64,000 nucleotides of DNA from NCBI GenBank assembly GCA_965223265.1, contig OZ244999.1, forward strand, positions 5,920,001 through 5,984,000, given 5' to 3'. The translations under genes and the position numbers were made by a program. The first letter of the stretch is position 1. The number at the start of each line of letters is the position of its first letter. Positions 9,994 through 19,320 of the stretch are shown here, piece by piece. Source of the DNA: Planctomycetota bacterium (GTDB lineage Bacteria; Planctomycetota; UBA8108; SXIK01). The notes under the pieces were generated by a model. That model was not told the origin of the DNA and did not search any database. It saw nothing but the letters and a program-made list of their open reading frames with translations.

Positions 9994-10395
9994 TCACGCC
10001 GCCGCTGTCTCGAGGAGTCTCTTGAGCTGAACGATTTCCTTCTCGAGGCCTCGGATGCTCGCTGCGAACGTCTCCTCATCTTCGTCTGGCGCTTGCAGCA
10101 GCAGAAAGTGTACGAGCGTGAGACCGTTCGGGAGCGCGACGACGCGAGCCGGAAGGATCCCCATACGATCCGTGGATGGACCGGCCCAGAGATCGACGAC
10201 GCCAGACTCTGCGTGACTCGTGATCGCCAGAATCAACTCGCCTCCTTTGGTACGAACGATGTACTCGTCTCCGGTCGTGCGCATCGACTGACAAAATTCA
10301 GTCGCCCAGACCGAAACATTCTCGGGCTTCTCCAGAAACCGGAAGACGCTGTCGGTCGGGGCTGAGATCAATGTCGCGATGCTGTGGGTTTTCAT
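9994..10395 (-). CDS. SRPBCC/polyketide cyclase-like protein
   Basis: I.AP.D.VF.FL..PEN...WA start motif, 133 aa, C-terminal amphipathic helix. Overlaps the upstream gene. Confidence 0.7.
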   Translation of the reverse strand: MKTHSIATLISAPTDSVFRFLEKPENVSVWATEFCQSMRTTGDEYIVRTKGGELILAITSHAESGVVDLWAGPSTDRMGILPARVVALPNGLTLVHFLLLQAPDEDEETFAASIRGLEKEIVQLKRLLETAAA

Positions 10396-10790
10396 GGATG
10401 ACTCCTCTCCGGCTGTGCTTCGTGCTTGAGAGCACGGATCTGTAGAATAGCGAAACCCGCGACGACAAACGCCACCGCGAAGACGACGCTACGGCCAAAC
10501 GAGTTGAAGAGCTGCGGCCAGACGAACAAGGCTAGCAGGCTTCCAAAGACCCAACCGACATCGCTCGCGACAACCAGCAACGCCCGAGACTTCGCGATCG
10601 GAGTTCGTCGCGAGAGCAAAGCGAGATCGACAGCGAAGACGAGTAGCCCAGCGCCCACGAGCATGAGGACCCACGGCCGCTCGAAACCGAGCCTCTCGGC
10701 GACAAAACGGGCCAAAACCAGGAGAATGGCGCCCGCGGCTGCGGAGAAGATCGCGTTCGCACGCAACGTCGACGCTAATTGAGATTTCAA
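10392..10790 (-). CDS. Small integral membrane protein (about 4 TM)
   Basis: Four hydrophobic segments; TTG start with AAAGGAGG RBS. Confidence 0.75.
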   Translation of the reverse strand: MKSQLASTLRANAIFSAAAGAILLVLARFVAERLGFERPWVLMLVGAGLLVFAVDLALLSRRTPIAKSRALLVVASDVGWVFGSLLALFVWPQLFNSFGRSVVFAVAFVVAGFAILQIRALKHEAQPERSHP

Positions 10791-10917
10791 GATCGGCCTC
10801 CTTTCTGATCCGACGACCCCTCACTCACCAAGACTTCCGATCGAGGCACGAGCGAGAGTTCCTCGAGTTTCCGGTGCTTGATGATCAAAGAGCGCTTTTC
10901 CGTGTCTCTCCACCCTT

Positions 10918-10944
10918 AGACACGGGCTCGGCGCGACTGTGACA
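10918..10944 (-). promoter_or_regulatory. Candidate ECF-type promoter TGTCACA-N16-GTCT
   Basis: Minus strand TGTCACAgtcgcgccgagcccgtGTCT, about 130 bp upstream of the membrane protein/SRPBCC/ECF operon. Resembles the ECF41 consensus TGTCACA-N16-CGTC. Confidence 0.4.
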
Positions 10945-11074
10945 GAAGTCCGCGATTTTTTCGAAGTGCTTGGAGCCCATGCGCTGCGGGGCTGGGAGGG
11001 ATCGACGGGTTCCTGGCGACCCGAGTCGAGCAGGACCGCAGAGGCTGTTATGCGGCACCGTCGTCACCGGTTAA

Positions 11075-11234
11075 CAGCCTGTTGAAAAAGTGCTTCGAGC
11101 CGAAAACTGGTCTCTTCGCGTCCAGATCGGCTGCGGCAAACGGAGGCAATCTTCGGGATTTTCGAGTATTGACGCGGTCGAGCTGGGCGTGAAGAGGCCA
11201 GTTTCTTCGGCCGAATGACTTTTTCAACGGGCTG
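11075..11234. mobile_element. MITE copy 1 (17-bp TIRs, TTAA target duplication)
   Basis: CAGCCTGTTGAAAAAGT...ACTTTTTCAACGGGCTG flanked by TTAA on both sides. A near-identical copy lies at 53759-53936. Confidence 0.85.
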
Positions 11235-11370
11235 TTAACAGCCTGTTGAAGACCTCGATCGGGAAGCTAGTCGTCTCACGCGTCCGAGGCACCTCACCGA
11301 TCCGACCACCCTACGGCTCGGGCCGCTGACCTCCGGACCGCGAGTCGAAAATCTGAAGGGAGCGCCTTTG

Positions 11371-11775
11371 ATGGATCCTGCAGCAACTTACACCGTGTGG
11401 AGCTATGTCGTTTATCTCGCCCTCAGCCTAGCCCTGACGGTCTGGGTAGCGCGCACGCTTTCAAAGAACGGTCGGTTCTTCCTCGTTGACGCCTTTGGCG
11501 GCGACACGAAACTCGCTGACTCGGTGAACCACCTGCTCGTGGTTGGGTTCTACTTGATCAACATCGGTTACGTCACCCTGGCGCTCAAGTACGGCGACAA
11601 GCCGGCCGATCTCACGAGCGCCTTCGAATTCTGTGCCACCAAAGTTGGGCTGGTACTCGTCGTCCTTGGGGTCATGCACTTTTTCAACGTTCACTCTAGC
11701 GACAAAGACTCGCACCTCGTGGAGGGAGACGGCGCTTTGCGGACTGAGGAATCCGTAGTGACGCACCTTCTGTAG
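11371..11775 (+). pseudogene. Membrane protein whose 3' end is replaced by an IS91 transposase fragment
   Basis: Three TM segments (..LADSVNHLLVVGFYLINIGY..MHFFN). From ~11691 the sequence is the antisense of an IS91 transposase. Confidence 0.6.
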
Positions 11776-11988
11776 CCCCCGAGGTAGGACGTGCTGGAGG
11801 AAGCGGCGGATGAACTCCAGAGCATCGAGCTCCATGGTCCGCCACCGCCGACTGCCCGACTTCTTCCAGCGAAAGCGAACGCGACCATCGTCGCAGGAGA
11901 CGATGCGGGCATTGGAGATCGCTACGCGAAAGACGTAGCGTGATAGATACGTGAGTGTCGATTCGCCGTCACCGACGGCGCGCGAGTC
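11691..11988 (-). mobile_element. IS91-family (Y2) transposase fragment
   Basis: In-frame DSRAVGDGESTLTYLSRYVFRVAISNARI...EFIRRFLQHVLPRGLQKVRHYGFLS. The YxxxY motif is present; the HUH region and start are missing. Confidence 0.85.
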
Positions 11989-12144
11989 GCCGCTGCCTCT
12001 CCCTCTGACCTCGCCGTCAAATCGAAGCGTTTCCCATCACGTCCGACGGTCGCTCCTGCGGCCAACGAGGAGCCGCGAGGCTCCTTGAACTCAGGATTTG
12101 GACTCGGCTTCGCTCGCCCAAATCCTCGCGAGTTCCGACGGCTG

Positions 12145-13539
12145 CTATACCAGCTCGCGCAGCGGAACGATCCCTTCGGCGATGGGCGCCTGCGGCCGTC
12201 CCCGAAGGTCGAAGAGGCGGTCACGCGCGGGTGCGTCGAGGAGTCCGAGGTTATGAAAGAGTGTCGCGAAAACCTCGTGGAACTTCACCGGCCGGTCCTT
12301 GGGCTCCGCCGCATGGCCATCGGTCGAGCCGATGACCTGGCCGTGTTTCATGCCGCCGCCAGCCAGAATCGAAAAGTTCGCTTTCGGCCAGTGATCGCGT
12401 CCGGCATTGCCGTTGATCTTTGGGGTGCGTCCGAACTCGCCCCAGCAGACGACGGAAACGTCTCGGTCGAGTCCGCGGGCATGAAGGTCGCTCACGAGAG
12501 CGGTGAGCGCTTGATCGAGTAGCGGCACATCCTCACGGGCCCGGCGGAAGTTGTTCCCATGCCAGTCCCAACGGCTGAAGTTGAGCGTCACGTAGCGAGC
12601 GCCGGCCTCGATGAGCCGGCGAGCGACGAGAAAGTTCGTCGTCACACGAGGCGCTCCGTCGGCGACGAAGTCGGCGTTCGGTGGGCCGTAACGCTCTATG
12701 ACCTTTGGGTCTTCGCGGGAAATATCAAGAGCATCGGCAAGCTTCGACGACGTGAGAATGCCCAGCGCCTGCGAGGTGAACTCGTCGAGCGCGACCATAC
12801 CACCCGCCGCATCGGCGTCGCGTCGAAAACGGTCGAGCGAGATGCGAAGGCGGTTGCGATCTTGCAGCCGATCCAACGAGATGCCCTTGAGCACCATGTC
12901 TTGCGCAGATTCGGCCAGACCCTTTCCGTCCCGGCCCTTTTTGCCATCGACGAGCCGAAACGGGCCATGTGCAAACCCCAGAAAGCCGCCAGTTCCCGGA
13001 TCGCCCCAGCGTCTTTCGATGGTGGGATACATCAGCGACAGGTGGGGTGGCACCTCCGGCGTCGCGGGACCGGCCCAGCGCGAGATCCACGCTCCGATCG
13101 ACGGTCGCCCGCCGGCCGGCGGGTTGTTCTCCTCGCGTGCGTAACCAGTGACGCACTGATAGAGATCGTGGCGCGGCTGCGAGTCGGCCATGGAGCGGAT
13201 GATCGTGAACTTGTCCATCATCCTCGCCAGACGCGGCATGAGCTCGCTGATCTGGACGCCGTCGACGTTGGTGTCGATCGGCTGAAACTCGCCGCGCACT
13301 TCTGACGGCGCATCCGGCTTGAGGTCCACCATATCCTGATGTGGCGCCCCACCCGGGAGGAGGACGTTGATGATCGATTTGTGAGAGCTCCCAACGCCGG
13401 AGCGAGCCTCGGCCCGCAGGAGAGCAGGAAGCGACGCGCCGAGACCAGCCGACGCCAAGGTACCTACGCGAATAAAGTCACGACGCGAGATGCCGTCGCA
13501 AAAGTTACCCGAAGTCGCCGGACCGAGGATCGTAAGCAC
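12145..13539 (-). CDS. DUF1501 domain protein
   Basis: SRRDFIR Tat-like N-terminus, L.GG..HQD..D.KP, ARRLIEAG, WDWH, GEFGRTPKIN..GRDHW. GTG start with GGAGGT RBS. Confidence 0.9.
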   Translation of the reverse strand: MLTILGPATSGNFCDGISRRDFIRVGTLASAGLGASLPALLRAEARSGVGSSHKSIINVLLPGGAPHQDMVDLKPDAPSEVRGEFQPIDTNVDGVQISELMPRLARMMDKFTIIRSMADSQPRHDLYQCVTGYAREENNPPAGGRPSIGAWISRWAGPATPEVPPHLSLMYPTIERRWGDPGTGGFLGFAHGPFRLVDGKKGRDGKGLAESAQDMVLKGISLDRLQDRNRLRISLDRFRRDADAAGGMVALDEFTSQALGILTSSKLADALDISREDPKVIERYGPPNADFVADGAPRVTTNFLVARRLIEAGARYVTLNFSRWDWHGNNFRRAREDVPLLDQALTALVSDLHARGLDRDVSVVCWGEFGRTPKINGNAGRDHWPKANFSILAGGGMKHGQVIGSTDGHAAEPKDRPVKFHEVFATLFHNLGLLDAPARDRLFDLRGRPQAPIAEGIVPLRELV

Positions 13540-13819
13540 GAGCGTCGTACCTCCTGTGCTGGATCGAAGACACACCTTGGTAGAACCCAGGGCATCTTAA
13601 CCGAACGGTTCTCTCGATCAAGCGGGGAGAAGGCTTGGAGCCGGCTTCTGCGTCCCTGCAAAATCAAGGTCTTTGACAATTCCGTCGACTGATCTTGGTT
13701 CCAGGAGATCTCTTCTGAGCCGGCGCCGGAGCCGAGACCGGATCATCCGGGCTCTCGGAGAAGAGCGGATCGAATCGAGGAAGAGATCTCCTGGCAATGT
13801 GGCTCGCGTGAACGTTCGC

Positions 13820-14740
13820 TCACCTGACCGCGACATCTCTGCTGCCAAACGCCTCGCCGAGCGCCTTCACGGCCACGTCCGTTGTCACGACAGCACTCGC
13901 CATATAGCGGAAGTTGGTCAACGCTGCCTGGTAGCCGTCGCCGGCCGGGACCTTCGCCGCAGCGCTGGCGTCCTCGACAACCGCCACCTCAAAGCCCTGC
14001 TCCAGCAACGCGCGCATGTGGGATTCCGTGCAGAGGTTGGCGGACATGCCGGCGAGAATGACCTTGTCGATGCCCTGCTTCCTCAGCTGCAGGACGAGGT
14101 CGTTGCTATCGGGACCGTAGACCTTGTGGGGACTCGTCACTGTCGTCCCCCGATTCTGGATGTACGGCTTGTATCGTTCGAGCCAGTCGGCGCCCGACCC
14201 TTCGAAGCCCTCCAGGCTCAGCGGATCCTCGCGGTCGAACATCTGGATGTTGTGCATCAGCGCCTCGAGCGCACCCTCGAACTTCCAGCCGTGGTCGTGG
14301 GGATAATAGTAGTGCGGCGACACGAAGACCGGGATGTCGAACTTCTTCGCCACCTTGAAGAGAGATTCGATGTTCTCGACCGTGTGGTTCTCGGTGACAC
14401 TTTCGCCAACCACTCCCCAGCTGACACCTTCGGGACTGAGGAAATCGTGCTGCGGATCAGTGATCACGATAGCGGTCCGCCCCGGATCGAGAACCATCCC
14501 CGGCTTCGGCAGTCCGAGGTCGCCTGACGTGATCAGTTTCACTGCGCGGTTCGCGTCGACCGACGTGGGTGCCGTTCCAGATTCTTCGGAAGGCCTCGCG
14601 CCGGGCGCTTTCATCGCTTCACTCCGCTCCATCGCTACAGAAGGCGCGTTGGTTTCCTTCGTGACTGCGCAGCTACTCCCGAGAAGGCTCATACCGACGA
14701 TGCTGACCGTGAAAGCGGTGGAGAACGTCTTCGTGAACAT
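13820..14740 (-). CDS. Isochorismatase/cysteine hydrolase family protein with signal or lipoprotein-like N-terminus
   Basis: AIVITDPQHDF, PHKVY and AGMSANLC give the Asp-Lys-Cys triad. N-terminal hydrophobic stretch ends in LGSSC. Confidence 0.85.
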   Translation of the reverse strand: MFTKTFSTAFTVSIVGMSLLGSSCAVTKETNAPSVAMERSEAMKAPGARPSEESGTAPTSVDANRAVKLITSGDLGLPKPGMVLDPGRTAIVITDPQHDFLSPEGVSWGVVGESVTENHTVENIESLFKVAKKFDIPVFVSPHYYYPHDHGWKFEGALEALMHNIQMFDREDPLSLEGFEGSGADWLERYKPYIQNRGTTVTSPHKVYGPDSNDLVLQLRKQGIDKVILAGMSANLCTESHMRALLEQGFEVAVVEDASAAAKVPAGDGYQAALTNFRYMASAVVTTDVAVKALGEAFGSRDVAVR

Positions 14741-15271
14741 GAGACGGATCCTTTCTATTTGTGGGCGAATCACCCGAGTCGACCTTTCGTTCGTACCTTG
14801 CCAAGCTTCGCGAGGGCTGTCCGGGAACCCGTTTGTTCGCGGGTCGCGATGCTCGGATCGAAGGCTTTGAAGTGTGGGATGCACGCCTCCTTTCGTTTCG
14901 TCACTCTGATGGACCAATCAAGGCGGCTGTGGCGGCTGTCCCAAGAAGCACGGTTCGTGCCATCCAACCTCACACTTCGTAAGCCACCGCCGAGACGAGG
15001 CTTGTGGGCCCGTCCGTACGCCCACGGCGTGACGTGAGATTCGAAGTTCCATGAAAAGCCGTTGAAGGAGCACGAGATTTCATGGAATCTGTGCCGTGAA
15101 CATCGAGGCGGAACTGGAGTTGGAATCACTGACCTGCCTGCTCACGGAGTCGGGAGCGGATCCGTTGCCGTTGATCTTCCTCATGCGGCTTCGCCACCCG
15201 AGGCACCGGGAACTCAGCTTAGGTCCGATTCCATTCCGCGAGCATCTCGACTCAAAAGGAGGAACGGCAGA

Positions 15272-16384
15272 ATGAACTACGAGCGGTGGAGTCGGTTAGA
15301 AAGTGCGGCGCTTGTCGTCGTCACTGGACTGTTTTTTTGCGGCGTCGTCGTGGGCGAAGAAGCTTCCCCGTGGGAAAAAGCCAACCCCATTCTGCCGATC
15401 CCGGCTCCCCCACTCGGAATCGGCACCGATGAGGGCGCGCCCGCCAAGCTGACGGACTTTTCCGATCCGCCGACACCCGAGCGTGTCCGCCTGGGCCGCT
15501 GGCTCTTTTTCGACAAGCGTCTCTCTGCGGACAACACCATCGCCTGCGCCACGTGCCACAAACCCGAGCACGCCTTCTCCGAACCCACGCCCGTGTCAAC
15601 CGGCATCGACGGACAGAAAGGCGGACGCAAAGCACCCTCGTTCGTTAACCAGGCGTGGACGCCGCTGCCGCACTTCTTTTGGGATGGACGCGCCGCCTCG
15701 CTAGAAGAGCAAGCCGGCGGGCCGATGATTAATCCCATCGAGATGGGCAACAAGAATCACGATGTCGTCGTTGCCAAGATCGCCGCCATTTCCAGCTATC
15801 CGAAGTACTTCAAAGAGGCATTCGGCAGCGAGGAGGTGACGATTGAGCGTATGACGAAAGCGATCGCGGACTACGAGCGCACGCGCATGAGCGGCAACTC
15901 AGCTTGGGACCGATGGCGTGCGGGCGACGACAACGCCGTATCCGATGACGTCAAGAAGGGACACAGGCTCTTTTTCGGCAACGCTTTCTGTAGCAACTGC
16001 CATCTGGGCCAGAACCTGACGGACAGCAAGTTTCACAACCTCGGCGTCGGCTGGGATCCTCAGGCAAAAAAGTTCGCCGACGAGGGCCGCTATGCCGTCA
16101 CAAAGATGCCAGCTGACAGGGGCGCCTTCAAAACGCCCTCGCTCCGGGACGTCAGCAAACGCGCTCCCTACATGCACGACGGATCGGTGAAGACGCTGGA
16201 GGAGGTGGTGAAGTTCTACAGCAAAGGCGGCCAGCCGAATCCTCACCTATCGCGAAAGATCGACCGACGCTTCGCCGAACAGCTGGACTTCAGCGATCAG
16301 CAGGTCAACCAGCTCGTCAAATTCATGGAGGCGCTCGATGGCGAAGGTTATCAAGACACCGCGCCAGCGGCGTTTCCGCAGTAG
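15272..16384 (+). CDS. Di-heme cytochrome c peroxidase (CCP/MauG family)
   Basis: LGRWLFFDKRLS, CATCH, FWDGRA.SLEEQA, CSNCH, FKTPSLR..PYMHDG. AGGAGG RBS before ATG 15272. Confidence 0.9.
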   Translation: MNYERWSRLESAALVVVTGLFFCGVVVGEEASPWEKANPILPIPAPPLGIGTDEGAPAKLTDFSDPPTPERVRLGRWLFFDKRLSADNTIACATCHKPEHAFSEPTPVSTGIDGQKGGRKAPSFVNQAWTPLPHFFWDGRAASLEEQAGGPMINPIEMGNKNHDVVVAKIAAISSYPKYFKEAFGSEEVTIERMTKAIADYERTRMSGNSAWDRWRAGDDNAVSDDVKKGHRLFFGNAFCSNCHLGQNLTDSKFHNLGVGWDPQAKKFADEGRYAVTKMPADRGAFKTPSLRDVSKRAPYMHDGSVKTLEEVVKFYSKGGQPNPHLSRKIDRRFAEQLDFSDQQVNQLVKFMEALDGEGYQDTAPAAFPQ

Positions 16385-16447
16385 GGACACGATATCGCGG
16401 GACTCGGTCCCCGCTTGCATGACAGCGTCGAGGATCTGAGGGTAAGG

Positions 16448-17707
16448 ATGCGCTTTTCGCTTTTTTCAGTGATCGTCGTCAGTGCTACGCTCTCGCTCTC
16501 TGCGGACGACCATTGGTCGCAATTTCGCGGGCCTGCGGGAGACGGTCACGCTCGAGCGGCCGAACCTCCTCTGAAGTGGAGCGAGACCGAGAACGTCGTC
16601 TGGAAGACTCCCATCCATGACCGAGGCTGGTCGTCTCCAGTGATCTGGAAAAGTCAAATATGGATGACGACAGCGCTTCGGAGCGGGCACAAGCTTTTCG
16701 CCATTTGTGTCGATCGGGATTCCGGCGAGATCGTCCACGACATTCACCTCTTTGATGTCGAGGACCCCCAGCGCATCGCGGCCATCAACTCCTTCGCCTC
16801 CCCCACACCGGTCATCGAAGAAGGGCGGGTGTATGTTCACTATGGAACGTATGGCACCGCGTGCCTAGATTCTTCCACAGGAGACCTCCTCTGGAGTCGT
16901 CGCGACCTGAAGTGCGATCACGAGGCGGGGGCAGGGCCGGGTAGCTCTCCCTTTCTTGTCGGCGATCGACTGGTCATGAACGTCGACGGACGTGACGTCC
17001 AGTACGTGATCGCGCTCGACAAGACCACTGGAGACACCGCGTGGAAGACAACACGCTCGGTCGACTACAGCGACACGGCGGTCAACCAGCGTAAGGCCTA
17101 TTGCATGCCAATCCTCATCCCTCGGGGAACCGGGAAGCAGCTCGTCAGTACAGGCGCTAAGGCGGTGATCGCATATGACGCTGCGACGGGCAAAGAATTG
17201 TGGAAGGTGCGCCATCGCGGCTGGTCGATCGCGCCGCGTCCGGTTTTCGGTTTCGGACTGGTCTTCGTGATCATGGATCACGACCATCCGGAGCTCTGGG
17301 CTATTCGGCCTGACGGCAGCGGCGACGTGACGGAGAGCCATGTCGCTTGGAAGGAGAAGCGAGGCATGCCTTCGCGAGCGTCGCCGCTACTTGTCGACGA
17401 CCTTCTTTTCCTCGTCAACCATAACGGCATCACAAGTTGCCTTGAGGCCAAGACTGGAGATCTTGTCTGGAAGCGCCGGCTCGAAGGCGACTATTCAGCG
17501 TCTCCCATTTACGCCAGAGGGCGCATCTATTTCTTCAACGAAAATGCTGTCTGCACCGTGATCAAGGCGTCGCGGCAGTTTGAAATCTTGGCCGTCAATG
17601 CGGTGGCCAAAGAAGAGCTCATGGCGAGTCCTGCAGCCGCCGGCAAGTCGCTCTTCATCCGCACAGAGAAGCATCTCTACTGCGTCAAGGGCTCGTCTTC
17701 GTTCTGA
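16448..17707 (+). CDS. Secreted PQQ-binding-like beta-propeller protein
   Basis: Signal peptide, WSQFRGP, repeated SSP..G...W units, C-terminal SPA......IRT..HLYC. Confidence 0.85.
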   Translation: MRFSLFSVIVVSATLSLSADDHWSQFRGPAGDGHARAAEPPLKWSETENVVWKTPIHDRGWSSPVIWKSQIWMTTALRSGHKLFAICVDRDSGEIVHDIHLFDVEDPQRIAAINSFASPTPVIEEGRVYVHYGTYGTACLDSSTGDLLWSRRDLKCDHEAGAGPGSSPFLVGDRLVMNVDGRDVQYVIALDKTTGDTAWKTTRSVDYSDTAVNQRKAYCMPILIPRGTGKQLVSTGAKAVIAYDAATGKELWKVRHRGWSIAPRPVFGFGLVFVIMDHDHPELWAIRPDGSGDVTESHVAWKEKRGMPSRASPLLVDDLLFLVNHNGITSCLEAKTGDLVWKRRLEGDYSASPIYARGRIYFFNENAVCTVIKASRQFEILAVNAVAKEELMASPAAAGKSLFIRTEKHLYCVKGSSSF

Positions 17708-17960
17708 GCTTGGGGGCCGTGTCATCCGACGAGCACCGAATGGGGCTCCTGCGAGCACTCCGCTGCCTGCGACGTGAAACGGCGAACCCAACAGCGTCGT
17801 TCTGACCTCGGGGGCGCGCGAACGAAAAGCCGACGTCAGGGATCAGCGCCGCCGTCACTGTCGTTCAGATGACGGCTAAGGCCGACCGATCATTTCACCC
17901 TGCAGATCTGTCACGACGCTGAAAAAAATCGAAATAGAGTTTGACTTCAGAACAGCCTGA

Positions 17961-17974
17961 GTTGTATATACAAC
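17961..17974. promoter_or_regulatory. Putative MarR operator 1 (perfect palindrome GTTGTATATACAAC) overlapping a sigma70-like promoter
   Basis: 14-bp palindrome just upstream of the MarR gene; TTGACT at 17941. Identical copy at 18481. Confidence 0.75.
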
Positions 17975-17996
17975 CATGTTGATTCAGGAGCGACTT

Positions 17997-18458
17997 ATGG
18001 CACGGACAAGACCTCAATCCAAACAATCAGCAGCCGACGTGATGGCGAGCGAATGCCTCGCCGTGCGCGTCCGACTGTTGAATCGCACCATCACTGGGAT
18101 CTATGACGACGCTCTGCGCCCACTGGGTGTGACGGTGGGGCAGCTGAACGTTCTCGTCGCGGTCGCAAGGCTAGGGCCGATTTCACCGGGCGCGGTGGCA
18201 CGGCGATTGAACATGGAAAAATCGACACTCAGCCGTAACGTGGACCGCATGCGCGGTCACGGGTGGCTTGTTGTGACGCGACAGTCCGGTCGCAACCAAA
18301 CTCTCGAGGTCAGTCCCAAGGGTCGCAAGCTGCTCGAGAAGGCCGCCCCGCTTTGGGAGGAAGCACAGGAGGAAACCAAAGCGGTTCTGGGCCAGCGCGG
18401 TGCTCGCTCGCTTCATCGCGCTGCTGATTCGGTCTGGACACAGATAGGAACGGAATGA
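17997..18458 (+). CDS. MarR family transcriptional regulator
   Basis: CLA.RVR...R.IT.IYD.ALRPLG.T..Q..L, KSTLSRN winged-HTH. CAGGAG RBS; alternative start 17976. Confidence 0.9.
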   Translation: MARTRPQSKQSAADVMASECLAVRVRLLNRTITGIYDDALRPLGVTVGQLNVLVAVARLGPISPGAVARRLNMEKSTLSRNVDRMRGHGWLVVTRQSGRNQTLEVSPKGRKLLEKAAPLWEEAQEETKAVLGQRGARSLHRAADSVWTQIGTE

Positions 18459-18480
18459 TTCGATTTTTTTTTCACCTATA

Positions 18481-18494
18481 GTTGTATATACAAC
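18481..18494. promoter_or_regulatory. Putative MarR operator 2 (GTTGTATATACAAC)
   Basis: Identical palindrome between the MarR gene and the downstream membrane protein gene. Confidence 0.75.
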
Positions 18495-18542
18495 TTATCA
18501 GTGTTGCAAGTCGAGAACTCGAAGTCGATGGGAGGTGAACCC

Positions 18543-19286
18543 ATGTCGATCACACCATTCTTGATTGTAGCGCAGCTCGCGTTCATTGCCGTGATCGTGC
18601 AGCGCGCGCGTCGTTCAGGCGCCGTGTCGGCCCAGGCGGTGACGGCGCTCGTTTCACTCGTGTGGATCGGACTTGGCGGCTGGTCGCTCGCCACTTCGTT
18701 TATCGGTGCGACGGGCGGCTATGAATCGGAGAGCTTCTACACAGCGTGGGGTGGACTTTGGCTGCCCGCAGTTCCGATCCTCTTACTGCTGGGTCCGGTC
18801 TTCTCAGTCGCGCGCCTCCGGCGGGCGCTCGAAGCGGTGCTGGCTGCGACTCCGGTTCATTGGCTGACGGCCGTGCAGGCGCTCAGGATTTCCGCGATCG
18901 GCACCGCCTACAAAACCCACCTCGGGCTCTTTCCGACGTACTTCGAGTTCGCTGTCGGCGTCCCCGATCTTCTCTTCGGCATCTCGGCATTGGCGATGAC
19001 GCGCCTGGCCCGACGCGGACGAGTCAGCGCACGAGCGCTCGTGATCTGGAATGTCATCGGCATCGCCATCGTTGTGCCGACCGCACCCATCTTGATTCAA
19101 CTCGGCCTCCCGGGCCCTCTTCAAGTCTTCGACACCGCACCGACAGCTACGGCCGTCTACGCGTTCCCGATGTCGCTCGCGCCAACCATGGTCGTGCCGA
19201 CGTTCGTACTGCTCAACGTTGTCGCTGTTTGGCGTCAGCTCCGCATTCCCGCCGACAAGGCGGCCGAGTTGAAGTTAGCGTCGTAA
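18543..19286 (+). CDS. Integral membrane protein
   Basis: About 7 hydrophobic segments; GGAGGTGA RBS. Confidence 0.75.
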   Translation: MSITPFLIVAQLAFIAVIVQRARRSGAVSAQAVTALVSLVWIGLGGWSLATSFIGATGGYESESFYTAWGGLWLPAVPILLLLGPVFSVARLRRALEAVLAATPVHWLTAVQALRISAIGTAYKTHLGLFPTYFEFAVGVPDLLFGISALAMTRLARRGRVSARALVIWNVIGIAIVVPTAPILIQLGLPGPLQVFDTAPTATAVYAFPMSLAPTMVVPTFVLLNVVAVWRQLRIPADKAAELKLAS

Positions 19287-19320
19287 CTGTCATGCTACAA
19301 CCCCGCTAAGGAGTCCTACG

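Noticed and set aside
8597-10030. Repeated 65-aa ORFs (MPSTPRSS...) as tandem small proteins
   Set aside because: They are translations of the non-coding REP unit, have no RBS, and the 4-bp deletions break the frame.
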